Assembly: GCA_019828565.1 (NCBI GenBank)
Contig: JAHDYR010000030.1
Span: 1-64,000, forward strand
DNA length: 64,000 bases
Direction of reading: 5' to 3'
Source: Carpediemonas membranifera BICM
Lineage: Eukaryota; Protista; Fornicata
The notes under the pieces were generated by a model. That model did no database searches and was not told where the DNA came from. It saw nothing but the letters and a program-made list of their open reading frames with translations. A program made the translations under genes and the position numbers. Positions 48,032-61,068 of this stretch are shown piece by piece (the first letter of the stretch is position 1; each line of letters starts with the position of its first letter).

Positions 48032-49099
48032 GTGGTTCAATGGGTGTTGAACTTTTACTGAGGAGAAGACTCGACACAAGGGTGTCGAGGAGAAACTCCT
48101 TGACTATTAAATATAACGTAAATCTGTGTAACTTTGGGTAGGACCCACAACAGGGGGGGCTCCGTTCGTTCCTCCGGCTTCGTTCGGCTTCGCTCCGCTC
48201 CGGGCGCTCGTCGCGTTGCTCCTCCCGCCCTCCGCTACGCTACGCCTCTCTACGCCTCCGTCACTCTCTCTGCCCCCCTGCGACCCCCCGCGGACTCCGC
48301 CCATGGCCTGTAACTCCGTCAGATCACCCCACAAATTTTTGAATCTCGGGCTGTGATTTACATATGAAAAAATAAATACCCCCATCCTCCTCAGAGCATG
48401 TAATTATGTATTGTAGTGCGCACCCGTGTTCTCTTCCATTCCATACGCGTCACTCTAGACGTATTCACTCACCATGGACACAAAAAGGCTCTATAAAAAA
48501 TTTGTTGAGGGCCTAAATCAAAAATCGGGGAAAATAACGTTCCTACACGTACGCAACATGATACAGCAGTATACTCTGTTTAGCTCCAGCATCAATCCTT
48601 GAGGCCAGTAAAACCGGTCTTTGAACGCGGTTCGCCAGATTCGGATGGATATCGTGACTCAATCACACTGCGAGAGACTTTCAAAAATTCCAAATCCAGC
48701 AGCCCGGAAGCCTCAGGCCTCGTGCTGTACTGCACAAGAAGTTAGCGATCGCGACTTTTGTCCTATAACTATTTATGCATAATTCAATGTAAAGACGACG
48801 GAGTTGAATAGAGCTTAGGGCGGCGCCTCCGAGCTGACACGCACAGCTATCCAGAGAAGCAATCCGCAGCCCTGAACGCCGTCTGTAAGCATGTGCTCTG
48901 ACCTCAAAGTCCAATTTTGAGGTCCCGTTTTTGAGCGGGAAAATTTAGTATAAAATATTTGCGTTGTCCCAGATTTCAATGCATGTTCGAAGGACCCCTG
49001 GGGTAGGCTACACGCTGCATGTGTCGCCTTCCCTGGCAGGGGCCCAGGGGTCCCGTACCGGGACCCCCCAAAATCCGCAATACCTTACCATAACTTACA

Positions 49100-52064
49100 G
49101 AGGCCTCCAGCATCTCGCCTGTGGGCCCCGATCCCGAGGCCAACTGGATCGGGCACCGCATCGTTGACCACACCAACGCTTCATTCCCGCAGCGGATCAC
49201 ATACAATGGCGCTGAGGCCACCATGCGGCGGCTTACAACCAAGAAGAAGCCTTGGCAACACACCATCCGGCTCTACTCCAAGCATGACGGCGGCACCATC
49301 GCCTTTTGCCGGCGATGCCAGCGTATCTTGCTGGACACTGGGACTCACGGCCAAACCGTCCCACTCAGGCATCTCCACGGGGCCCAGCACCTAGCTAACG
49401 AACACAACACCGAGGCCACCCCAGCCTACTCGGCGTTTATTCACGAGTACGTCCACAAGCACGTGAAGGGCGAAGACCTGGCCCGCTTGCAGGAGCGCGT
49501 GGCCCAAAAGCGCTCTCAGCAACGCCCCGCAGATGCTGAGCCGGAGTCCCCCGCCCCCAGCTCGGCCCCGAGAATCAAGGCTCCGCCTAACCTCCTTCAT
49601 TCCAGACAAGTCCGGAGTAAGGAGCAGGAGCTCCTCCGTACCATCATCGGCCTGTCATCTGCCCCTGCCCCGGAGTGGCAAGGCACGCGAACCATCTACG
49701 AACAATATGGCCGGGAGATCATCCCACGCAGTCAGAGACGCGATTCAGCAGCCCACAAGCGCTCCCAAGTGTCCAGGGCAAAGTTCTTCACTAAGCATGG
49801 TCGTATGGGCAAGGCCATGTCGGCCTTCACCGCCCCCTTCTGTGAGGACTCCGCCACTATTGCAGACGCCCAAGAGCTGCATAGCCCCGCGCCAACCGAT
49901 TCACACTTCACAGCGAACGTGCCTTCAACCGCCGATCTCCCGTGCGACCACATAACCGTCGAAGAGGTCGAGCTCGCATGCCGCCGCATAGATAAGACAA
50001 GTGCGGCAGGCCTTGATTGGTTACGCCCCCAGTGCGTCCAATCCTTGGCGAAGAAGGCTGCCGGCGCCAAGGCCCTCGCTGAGCTGCTCAACTACTGGAT
50101 TACGCAGCCCCGGGCCATCCCCGACATCTGCTTACAGGGTCGGCTGGTCCTCATTCCCAAGGAGTCCCAGCCGCGCCGCTGGCGCCCGATTGCCGTCGAG
50201 TCAGCCTTGGTGCGGCTTCTACACTACATTCTTGCCCGCCGTTGGGCCCCAAGCTTCCCTGGGCTTCTGGGCCGCAACCAATACGGCTTCAAGGCCGACG
50301 GCGCCGCCCTCGCGGCCTTTTCCATCCAGCACGCATTAGTCGCTGACCCCCTCTCGGACGCGATCTTCGTGCTAGATTGGCAGAATGCCTTCAACAGCGT
50401 GTCGGCTCAGGCCATCGAGGCCGCTCTGGACGCCTTGCCTCTCAGCCCGGCAGCCAGAGCCCTGCTCAAGCGCTCAGTGGCGCCTAACACGGTGTACTTC
50501 CGTGGTGAACCCGTCGTTGTCCACCGGGGAGTGAAGCAGGGCGACCCCCTCTCGCCTTTCCTCTTTAGTGTTGTCCTCTCTTCGGTCTTCAGGTCGGCGT
50601 CCACCGAGGCTCCCAACCTCATTGCGCAATGGGATGCCTACCTGGATGATTCCAGTATCTCCGCCCCTTCCCACGAGGGCGTGCTGAGTTTCCTGCCGGC
50701 GCTGGAGCGCCACGCTGCCAGCGCGGGCCTACACTTGAACCGCAGCAAGTGCTTCTGGCTCGGCGAGCGGGAGCTCCCGGAGTTCCCGACCCATTCCTGC
50801 CGGAAGGTCCTGGGTCACTACCTCGGCACGGACCCCGAGGCGCGAGCCCTTGCAACCATTAAGGGCATCCGCGACCGCCAGGCCGTCATCAACGACCTGT
50901 TTGAACGCCTGCCCCTGCAGGTAGCGAGCCTGTTGGCTCGCGTCTGTGTGCTCCAGGCGAGCACCTATTCCTTGAGGGCACCAGAAGAGCTGGACCCACT
51001 ACTACTGACCTGTCACGTCCGTGACCTCGAAGGCATCGACGCCGAGAAGAACTCCATTATTGCTCGTGCCTTCTGCCTATCGGACGCGACCGCTAAGTGG
51101 ATCCTCCCAGCCCCCCATCTCCAAGGGCGGCCTGGGCTTCGTCAACCTCCGGGACATTCATCACGCCGCCTCGACTGCCTTCACCGAGTTCTGGGCAGCC
51201 AGGCACCACGCCTCTCCTTCCTTCCCCCGCCAGTGTGAGCTGTTTGAGCTCCTTTGGGACGAGAAGCTGTCCGATTTCCCCCGACCCTGCGGGGAGCCCT
51301 GTGACGTCCTTTCCGATGGCGTTGCGGGCAACAGGTGGCTCCACCACTTCCCTGAGACGAGGGATACGCAGTTCTCCAACAACGAGTACCGCGAAGCAGT
51401 GTGCGCCCGTTACGCCCTTGGTAACGCCCCCGCCGGTACAACGTGCGCCAGGTGCGGTCGCAACTGTTCTCGCGAGCCGAACCACGGCGTCACCTGCCCC
51501 CATCTCGGCGGCTTTCAAGTCCCGATGCCACGATAAGATCCGCGACATCTTGTCTGAGGCTCTGCGGGCCTCCTCTCGCTTCGACACCGTCCTAGTTGAG
51601 AACACAGCCACACGTGACCCCACTGGGTACAAGTGCCACGACATTCAGGCTCAAGAGGGGGACACTCACACCGCCATCGACGTGACGGTTGTGAGTCCCC
51701 TCGCTACCCCCGCTCGCGTCGACACCCGCCTGGCCGAGAAAGCCAGACAGCACCAAGCCTCGACCTCCAAGCCACTGATATTCTTAGTGTCATCATCCGG
51801 TTCATTACACGCTGACGCTGAGGACATTCTCAGCTGGCTGCCCGTCTGGCACCGCGAACACGCAGTCGTCGCCATCCAACGCGAGCTCTTCAGCGCACAC
51901 CGCCATGTGAAGCTCCTCGCATCAGCATATCTGCGTCACACTTAAGCAGTGCCTTAAACTGCACCGTGGTCCGAACGGATTCGCGCTCTAGCGGTCCTTA
52001 CACCGCAAGTCTTCTGCCACTGACCAGTCCTTCGCTTTTCCCAGTCAGGCTCGCTCCGCTCGCC
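49100..52064 (+). mobile_element. 5'-truncated RLE-type non-LTR retrotransposon (CRE-like), copy 1
   Basis: Matches 53721-56684. Encodes RT, CCHC and RLE with two homopolymer indels, stop at 51945. Confidence 0.92.
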
Positions 52065-52255
52065 CAATAAACGTCATACGCTTCAGGAGCTGGAATTACC
52101 GCGGCTGCTGGCACCAGACTTTCCCTCCTGTAGCTCCTCGTTAAGGTTTTTAGATTGTACTCATTTCGATTGCATGACTGAAAAGCCACGCATCGATATT
52201 TCTTGTCACTACCTCGCCCTGTGGGCATTGGGTATTTGCGCGCCTGCTGCTTTCC
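52065..52255 (-). rRNA. Duplicated 18S rRNA fragment (spacer/TSD 1)
   Basis: Reverse complement contains GCAGCAGGCGCGCAAAT and GTGCCAGCAGCCGCGGTAATTCCAGCTCC. Matches 61069-61260 except for a 1-nt deletion. Confidence 0.92.
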
Positions 52256-52268
52256 CGGCTTTTTCGTC

Positions 52269-55200
52269 ATGAAGGAGCCCAGAAAGCGCAGAAGAGGTAA
52301 GGAATTACCTAAGAAACCGTCTGATCGCTCTTTTGCCGCGATTCCCGGTGCCTCACTGTCCACGTCGTCGAATCATCTAGAAGTCCCCGACAAATCCGCC
52401 GTAGACCGCCAAAGAAGCCAGAAGCGAGCACAACCTATTGCACCTAGCAGTTCTGCCGAGCCCATTCCGTCCCCGAACGCCACTACGAGTCGTCTTCACG
52501 ACGATCCCCTCCAAAAATGCGAAGAACCCCGAAAGAACCTCCGAATTCCCCAGAAGCTCCGTAACTTCGCTCCAAACAAGAACGACAGCTCTAATACAGT
52601 GGTTATTCCACCGAACGAGCGTTCTTCTTGCCGCATTCCCGGTGATCGCTCGATCAATTCCAAGAATCAGCCGTCCAACGCCACGAAGGCCCACAAGACG
52701 CAGAGACAAGCATCAATGAAGGCATTTACCGCTTCCAATGCATCAGCAAGCAATTCAGCCGCCACCGCCTCGCCTTCTCATCCCGCCGCCACTAAAGCCG
52801 CCACCACCAAGGCCGCCGCCGAGGCTGAGGGCTCCGGCCCGAAGGCCACAACTCTTGTCTATCCTGCTGGCACCACGGGCACGCCCGTAGACGCCGCCAC
52901 CAACGACACTTCCACAGCCGCTGCCACTAAGGCCGCCGCCGAGGCTGAGGGCTCCGGCCCGAAGGCCACAACTCTTGTCTATCCTGCTGGCACCACGGGC
53001 ACGCCCGTAGACGCCGCCACCAACGACACTTCCACAGCCGCTGCCACTAAGGCCGCCGCCGAGGCTGAGGGCTCCGGCCCGAAGGCCACAACTCTTGTCT
53101 ATCCTGCTGGCACCACGGGCACGCCCGTAGACGCCGCCACCAACGACACTTCCACAGCCGCTGCCACTAAGGCCGCCGCCGAGGCTGAGGGCTCCGGCCC
53201 GAAGGCCACAACTCTTGTCTATCCTGCTGGCACCACGGGCACGCCCGTAGACGCCGCCACCAACGACACTTCCACAGCCGCTGCCACTAAGGCCGCCGCC
53301 GAGGCTGAGGGCTCCGGCCCGAAGGCCACAACTCTTGTCTATCCTGCTGGCACCACGGGCACGCCCGTAGACGCCGCCACCAACGACACTTCCACAGCCG
53401 CTGCCTCTAAGGCCGCCGCCGAGGCTGAGGGCTCCGGCCCGAAGGCCACAACTCTTGTCTATCCTGCTGGCACCACGGGCACGCCCGTAGACGCCGCCAC
53501 CAACGACACTTCCACAGCCGCTGCCACTAAGGCCGCCGCCGAGGCTGAGGGCTCCGGCCCGAAGGCCACAACTCTTGTCTATCCTGCTGGCACCACGGGC
53601 ACGCCCGTAGACGCCGCCACCAACGACACTTCCACAGCCGCTGCCACTAAGGCCGCCGCCAGCCCGAAGGCCGCCAGCAACACCGAGGCCGCCGCCGGCT
53701 CGAAGGCCGCCAGCAACACCGAGGCCTCCAGCATCTCGCCTGTGGGCCCCGATCCCGAGGCCAACTGGATCGGGCACCGCATCGTTGACCACACCAACGC
53801 TTCATTCCCGCAGCGGATCACATACAATGGCGCTGAGGCCACCATGCGGCGGCTTACAACCAAGAAGAAGCCTTGGCAACACACCATCCGGCTCTACTCC
53901 AAGCATGACGGCGGCACCATCGCCTTTTGCCGGCGATGCCAGCGTATCTTGCTGGACACTGGGACTCACGGCCAAACCGTCCCACTCAGGCATCTCCACG
54001 GGGCCCAGCACCTAGCTAACGAACACAACACCGAGGCCACCCCAGCCTACTCGGCGTTTATTCACGAGTACGTCCACAAGCACGTGAAGGGCGAAGACCT
54101 GGCCCGCTTGCAGGAGCGCGTGGCCCAAAAGCGCTCTCAGCAACGCCCCGCAGATGCTGAGCCGGAGTCCCCCGCCCCCAGCTCGGCCCCGAGAATCAAG
54201 GCTCCGCCTAACCTCCTTCATTCCAGACAAGTCCGGAGTAAGGAGCAGGAGCTCCTCCGTACCATCATCGGCCTGTCATCTGCCCCTGCCCCGGAGTGGC
54301 AAGGCACGCGAACCATCTACGAACAATATGGCCGGGAGATCATCCCACGCAGTCAGAGACGCGATTCAGCAGCCCACAAGCGCTCCCAAGTGTCCAGGGC
54401 AAAGTTCTTCACTAAGCATGGTCGTATGGGCAAGGCCATGTCGGCCTTCACCGCCCCCTTCTGTGAGGACTCCGCCACTATTGCAGACGCCCAAGAGCTG
54501 CATAGCCCCGCGCCAACCGATTCACACTTCACAGCGAACGTGCCTTCAACCGCCGATCTCCCGTGCGACCACATAACCGTCGAAGAGGTCGAGCTCGCAT
54601 GCCGCCGCATAGATAAGACAAGTGCGGCAGGCCTTGATTGGTTACGCCCCCAGTGCGTCCAATCCTTGGCGAAGAAGGCTGCCGGCGCCAAGGCCCTCGC
54701 TGAGCTGCTCAACTACTGGATTACGCAGCCCCGGGCCATCCCCGACATCTGCTTACAGGGTCGGCTGGTCCTCATTCCCAAGGAGTCCCAGCCGCGCCGC
54801 TGGCGCCCGATTGCCGTCGAGTCAGCCTTGGTGCGGCTTCTACACTACATTCTTGCCCGCCGTTGGGCCCCAAGCTTCCCTGGGCTTCTGGGCCGCAACC
54901 AATACGGCTTCAAGGCCGACGGCGCCGCCCTCGCGGCCTTTTCCATCCAGCACGCATTAGTCGCTGACCCCCTCTCGGACGCGATCTTCGTGCTAGATTG
55001 GCAGAATGCCTTCAACAGCGTGTCGGCTCAGGCCATCGAGGCCGCTCTGGACGCCTTGCCTCTCAGCCCGGCAGCCAGAGCCCTGCTCAAGCGCTCAGTG
55101 GCGCCTAACACGGTGTACTTCCGTGGTGAACCCGTCGTTGTCCACCGGGGAGTGAAGCAGGGCGACCCCCTCTCGCCTTTCCTCTTTAGTGTTGTCCTCT

Positions 55201-56565
55201 CTTCGGTCTTCAGGTCGGCGTCCACCGAGGCTCCCAACCTCATTGCGCAATGGGATGCCTACCTGGATGATTCCAGTATCTCCGCCCCTTCCCACGAGGG
55301 CGTGCTGAGTTTCCTGCCGGCGCTGGAGCGCCACGCTGCCAGCGCGGGCCTACACTTGAACCGCAGCAAGTGCTTCTGGCTCGGCGAGCGGGAGCTCCCG
55401 GAGTTCCCGACCCATTCCTGCCGGAAGGTCCTGGGTCACTACCTCGGCACGGACCCCGAGGCGCGAGCCCTTGCAACCATTAAGGGCATCCGCGACCGCC
55501 AGGCCGTCATCAACGACCTGTTTGAACGCCTGCCCCTGCAGGTAGCGAGCCTGTTGGCTCGCGTCTGTGTGCTCCAGGCGAGCACCTATTCCTTGAGGGC
55601 ACCAGAAGAGCTGGACCCACTACTACTGACCTGTCACGTCCGTGACCTCGAAGGCATCGACGCCGAGAAGAACTCCATTATTGCTCGTGCCTTCTGCCTA
55701 TCGGACGCGACCGCTAAGTGGATCCTCCCAGCCCCCATCTCCAAGGGCGGCCTGGGCTTCGTCAACCTCCGGGACATTCATCACGCCGCCTCGACTGCCT
55801 TCACCGAGTTCTGGGCAGCCAGGCACCACGCCTCTCCTTCCTTCCCCCGCCAGTGTGAGCTGTTTGAGCTCCTTTGGGACGAGAAGCTGTCCGATTTCCC
55901 CCCGACCCTGCGGGGAGCCCTGTGACGTCCTTTCCGATGGCGTTGCGGGCAACAGGTGGCTCCACCACTTCCCTGAGACGAGGGATACGCAGTTCTCCAA
56001 CAACGAGTACCGCGAAGCAGTGTGCGCCCGTTACGCCCTTGGTAACGCCCCCGCCGGTACAACGTGCGCCAGGTGCGGTCGCAACTGTTCTCGCGAGCCG
56101 AACCACGGCGTCACCTGCCCCCATCTCGGCGGCTTCAAGTCCCGATGCCACGATAAGATCCGCGACATCTTGTCTGAGGCTCTGCGGGCCTCCTCTCGCT
56201 TCGACACCGTCCTAGTTGAGAACACAGCCACACGTGACCCCACTGGGTACAAGTGCCACGACATTCAGGCTCAAGAGGGGGACACTCACACCGCCATCGA
56301 CGTGACGGTTGTGAGTCCCCTCGCTACCCCCGCTCGCGTCGACACCCGCCTGGCCGAGAAAGCCAGACAGCACCAAGCCTCGACCTCCAAGCCACTGATA
56401 TTCTTAGTGTCATCATCCGGTTCATTACACGCTGACGCTGAGGACATTCTCAGCTGGCTGCCCGTCTGGCACCGCGAACACGCAGTCGTCGCCATCCAAC
56501 GCGAGCTCTTCAGCGCACACCGCCATGTGAAGCTCCTCGCATCAGCATATCTGCGTCACACTTAA
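52269..56565 (+). CDS. Non-LTR polyprotein of ~1430 aa: repeat region, C2H2 finger, RT, CCHC, restriction-like endonuclease (one C-run frameshift near 55900)
   Basis: CRRC...HLHGAQH; LIPK...RPIAV; LDWQNAFNSV; GVKQGDPLSP; AYLDD; KGGLG; CARC...HGVTC; RCHD...HDI...IDVTV...EK. The first ATG after the 18S junction is at 52269. Confidence 0.9.
52809..53660 (+). repeat. In-frame 120-bp (40-aa) tandem repeat, 7 copies
   Basis: KAAAEAEGSGPKATTLVYPAGTTGTPVDAATNDTSTAAAT x7. Only 5 copies at about 57430-58041. Confidence 0.97.
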
Positions 56566-56684
56566 GCAGTGCCTTAAACTGCACCGTGGTCCGAACGGAT
56601 TCGCGCTCTAGCGGTCCTTACACCGCAAGTCTTCTGCCACTGACCAGTCCTTCGCTTTTCCCAGTCAGGCTCGCTCCGCTCGCC

Positions 56685-56876
56685 CAATAAACGTCATACG
56701 CTTCAGGAGCTGGAATTACCGCGGCTGCTGGCACCAGACTTTCCCTCCTGTAGCTCCTCGTTAAGGTTTTTAGATTGTACTCATTTCGATTGCATGACTG
56801 AAAAGCCACGCATCGATATTTCTTGTCACTACCTCGCCCTGTGGGCATTGGGTAATTTGCGCGCCTGCTGCTTTCC
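56685..56876 (-). rRNA. Duplicated 18S rRNA fragment (spacer/TSD 2), 192 bp
   Basis: Matches 61069-61260. Confidence 0.92.
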
Positions 56877-59800
56877 CGGCTTTTTCGTCATGAAGGAGCC
56901 CAGAAAGCGCAGAAGAGGTAAGGAATTACCTAAGAAACCGTCTGATCGCTCTTTTGCCGCGATTCCCGGTGCCTCACTGTCCACGTCGTCGAATCATCTA
57001 GAAGTCCCCGACAAATCCGCCGTAGACCGCCAAAGAAGCCAGAAGCGAGCACAACCTATTGCACCTAGCAGTTCTGCCGAGCCCATTCCGTCCCCGAACG
57101 CCACTACGAGTCGTCTTCACGACGATCCCCTCCAAAAATGCGAAGAACCCCGAAAGAACCTCCGAATTCCCCAGAAGCTCCGTAACTTCGCTCCAAACAA
57201 GAACGACAGCTCTAATACAGTGGTTATTCCACCGAACGAGCGTTCTTCTTGCCGCATTCCCGGTGATCGCTCGATCAATTCCAAGAATCAGCCGTCCAAC
57301 GCCACGAAGGCCCACAAGACGCAGAGACAAGCATCAATGAAGGCATTTACCGCTTCCAATGCATCAGCAAGCAATTCAGCCGCCACCGCCTCGCCTTCTC
57401 ATCCCGCCGCCACTAAAGCCGCCACCACCAAGGCCGCCGCCGAGGCTGAGGGCTCCGGCCCGAAGGCCACAACTCTTGTCTATCCTGCTGGCACCACGGG
57501 CACGCCCGTAGACGCCGCCACCAACGACACTTCCACAGCCGCTGCCACTAAGGCCGCCGCCGAGGCTGAGGGCTCCGGCCCGAAGGCCACAACTCTTGTC
57601 TATCCTGCTGGCACCACGGGCACGCCCGTAGACGCCGCCACCAACGACACTTCCACAGCCGCTGCCACTAAGGCCGCCGCCGAGGCTGAGGGCTCCGGCC
57701 CGAAGGCCACAACTCTTGTCTATCCTGCTGGCACCACGGGCACGCCCGTAGACGCCGCCACCAACGACACTTCCACAGCCGCTGCCACTAAGGCCGCCGC
57801 CGAGGCTGAGGGCTCCGGCCCGAAGGCCACAACTCTTGTCTATCCTGCTGGCACCACGGGCACGCCCGTAGACGCCGCCACCAACGACACTTCCACAGCC
57901 GCTGCCACTAAGGCCGCCGCCGAGGCTGAGGGGCTCCGGCCCGAAGGCCACAACTCTTGTCTATCCTGCTGGCACCACGGGCACGCCCGTAGACGCCGCC
58001 ACCAACGACACTTCCACAGCCGCTGCCACTAAGGCCGCCGCCAGCCCGAAGGCCGCCAGCAACACCGAGGCCGCCGCCGGCTCGAAGGCCGCCAGCAACA
58101 CCGAGGCCTCCAGCATCTCGCCTGTGGGCCCCGATCCCGAGGCCAACTGGATCGGGCACCGCATCGTTGACCACACCAACGCTTCATTCCCGTAGCGGAT
58201 CACATACAATGGCGCTGAGGCCACCATGCGGCGGCTTACAACCAAGAAGAAGCCTTGGCAACACACCATCCGGCTCTACTCCAAGCATGACGGCGGCACC
58301 ATCGCCTTTTGCCGGCGATGCCAGCGTATCTTGCTGGACACTGGGACTCACGGCCAAACCGTCCCACTCAGGCATCTCCACGGGGCCCAGCACCTAGCTA
58401 ACGAACACAACACCGAGGCCACCCCAGCCTACTCGGCGTTTATTCACGAGTACGTCCACAAGCACGTGAAGGGCGAAGACCTGGCCCGCTTGCAGGAGCG
58501 CGTGGCCCAAAAGCGCTCTCAGCAACGCCCCGCAGATGCTGAGCCGGAGTCCCCCGCCCCCAGCTCGGCCCCCGAGAATCAAGGCTCCGCCTAACCTCCT
58601 TCATTCCAGACAAGTCCGGAGTAAGGAGCAGGAGCTCCTCCGTACCATCATCGGCCTGTCATCTGCCCCCTGCCCCGGAGTGGCAAGGCACGCGAACCAT
58701 CTACGAACAATATGGCCGGGAGATCATCCCACGCAGTCAGAGACGCGATTCAGCAGCCCACAAGCGCTCCCAAGTGTCCAGGGCAAAGTTCTTCACTAAG
58801 CATGGTCGTATGGGCAAGGCCATGTCGGCCTTCACCGCCCCCTTCTGTGAGGACTCCGCCACTATTGCAGACGCCCAAGAGCTGCATAGCCCCGCGCCAA
58901 CCGATTCACACTTCACAGCGAACGTGCCTTCAACCGCCGATCTCCCGTGCGACCACATAACCGTCGAAGAGGTCGAGCTCGCATGCCGCCGCATAGATAA
59001 GACAAGTGCGGCAGGCCTTGATTGGTTACGCCCCCAGTGCGTCCAATCCTTGGCGAAGAAGGCTGCCGGCGCCAAGGCCCTCGCTGAGCTGCTCAACTAC
59101 TGGATTACGCAGCCCCGGGCCATCCCCGACATCTGCTTACAGGGTCGGCTGGTCCTCATTCCCAAGGAGTCCCAGCCGCGCCGCTGGCGCCCGATTGCCG
59201 TCGAGTCAGCCTTGGTGCGGCTTCTACACTACATTCTTGCCCGCCGTTGGGCCCCAAGCTTCCCTGGGCTTCTGGGCCGCAACCAATACGGCTTCAAGGC
59301 CGACGGCGCCGCCCTCGCGGCCTTTTCCATCCAGCACGCATTAGTCGCTGACCCCCTCTCGGACGCGATCTTCGTGCTAGATTGGCAGAATGCCTTCAAC
59401 AGCGTGTCGGCTCAGGCCATCGAGGCCGCTCTGGACGCCTTGCCTCTCAGCCCGGCAGCCAGAGCCCTGCTCAAGCGCTCAGTGGCGCCTAACACGGTGT
59501 ACTTCCGTGGTGAACCCGTCGTTGTCCACCGGGGGAGTGAAGCAGGGCGACCCCCTCTCGCCTTTCCTCTTTAGTGTTGTCCTCTCTTCGGTCTTCAGGT
59601 CGGCGTCCACCGAGGCTCCCAACCTCATTGCGCAATGGGATGCCTACCTGGATGATTCCAGTATCTCCGCCCCTTCCCACGAGGGCGTGCTGAGTTTCCT
59701 GCCGGCGCTGGAGCGCCACGCTGCCAGCGCGGGCCTACACTTGAACCGCAGCAAGTGCTTCTGGCTCGGCGAGCGGGAGCTCCCGGAGTTCCCGACCCAT

Positions 59801-61068
59801 TCCTGCCGGAAGGTCCTGGGTCACTACCTCGGCACGGACCCCGAGGCGCGAGCCCTTGCAACCATTAAGGGCATCCGCGACCGCCAGGCCGTCATCAACG
59901 ACCTGTTTGAACGCCTGCCCCTGCAGGTAGCGAGCCTGTTGGCTCGCGTCTGTGTGCTCCAGGCGAGCACCTATTCCTTGAGGGCACCAGAAGAGCTGGA
60001 CCCACTACTACTGACCTGTCACGTCCGTGACCTCGAAGGCATCGACGCCGAGAAGAACTCCATTATTGCTCGTGCCTTCTGCCTATCGGACGCGACCGCT
60101 AAGTGGATCCTCCCAGCCCCCATCTCCAAGGGCGGCCTGGGCTTCGTCAACCTCCGGGACATTCATCACGCCGCCTCGACTGCCTTCACCGAGTTCTGGG
60201 CAGCCAGGCACCACGCCTCTCCTTCCTTCCCCCGCCAGTGTGAGCTGTTTGAGCTCCTTTGGGACGAGAAGCTGTCCGATTTCCCCCCCGCCCTGCGGGA
60301 GCCCTGTGACGTCCTTTCCGATGGCGTTGCGGGCAACAGGTGGCTCCACCACTTCCCTGAGACGAGGGATACGCAGTTCTCCAACAACGAGTACCGCGAA
60401 GCAGTGTGCGCCCGTTACGCCCTTGGTAACGCCCCCGCCGGTACAACGTGCGCCAGGTGCGGTCGCAACTGTTCTCGCGAGCCGAACCACGGCGTCACCT
60501 GCCCCCATCTCGGCGGCTTCAAGTCCCGATGCCACGATAAGATCCGCGACATCTTGTCTGAGGCTCTGCGGGCCTCCTCTCGCTTCGACACCGTCCTAGT
60601 TGAGAACACAGCCACACGTGACCCCACTGGGTACAAGTGCCACGACATTCAGGCTCAAGAGGGGGACACTCACACCGCCATCGACGTGACGGTTGTGAGT
60701 CCCCTCGCTACCCCCGCTCGCGTCGACACCCGCCTGGCCGAGAAAGCCAGACAGCACCAAGCCTCGACCTCCAAGCCACTGATATTCTTAGTGTCATCAT
60801 CCGGTTCATTACACGCTGACGCTGAGGACATTCTCAGCTGGCTGCCCGTCTGGCACCGCGAACACGCAGTCGTCGCCATCCAACGCGAGCTCTTCAGCGC
60901 ACACCGCCATGTGAAGCTCCTCGCATCAGCATATCTGCGTCACACTTAAGCAGTGCCTTAAACTGCACCGTGGTCCGAACGGATTCGCGCTCTAGCGGTC
61001 CTTACACCGCAAGTCTTCTGCCACTGACCAGTCCTTCGCTTTTCCCAGTCAGGCTCGCTCCGCTCGCC
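56877..61068 (+). mobile_element. Full-length RLE-type non-LTR retrotransposon (CRE-like), copy 3, probably inactive
   Basis: Same element with 5 repeats, a CAG>TAG change at 58193-58195 and several homopolymer indels. ORF end at 60949. Confidence 0.92.

Larger units (their letters stand above)
42209..48152 (-). mobile_element. Ty3/Gypsy chromovirus-like LTR retrotransposon, family 2
   Basis: Identical 122-bp TG...CA LTRs (42209-42330, 48031-48152), inserted in a G-run (GGGG TSD), PPT at 42331-42340. Confidence 0.95.
40542..49099 (+). mobile_element. Telomeric array unit 12 (subfamily A, most proximal) interrupted by Gypsy element 2
   Basis: The tail CTTACA at 49094-49099 is joined directly to the 5'-truncated non-LTR element. 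Confidence 0.8.
52256..56684 (+). mobile_element. Full-length RLE-type non-LTR retrotransposon (CRE-like), copy 2
   Basis: Bounded on both sides by the 18S duplication, single long ORF, no poly(A). Confidence 0.92.

Noticed and set aside
52203-52268. ORF start upstream of 52269 (also 56794)
   Set aside because: Lies inside the antisense 18S duplication and differs between copies.
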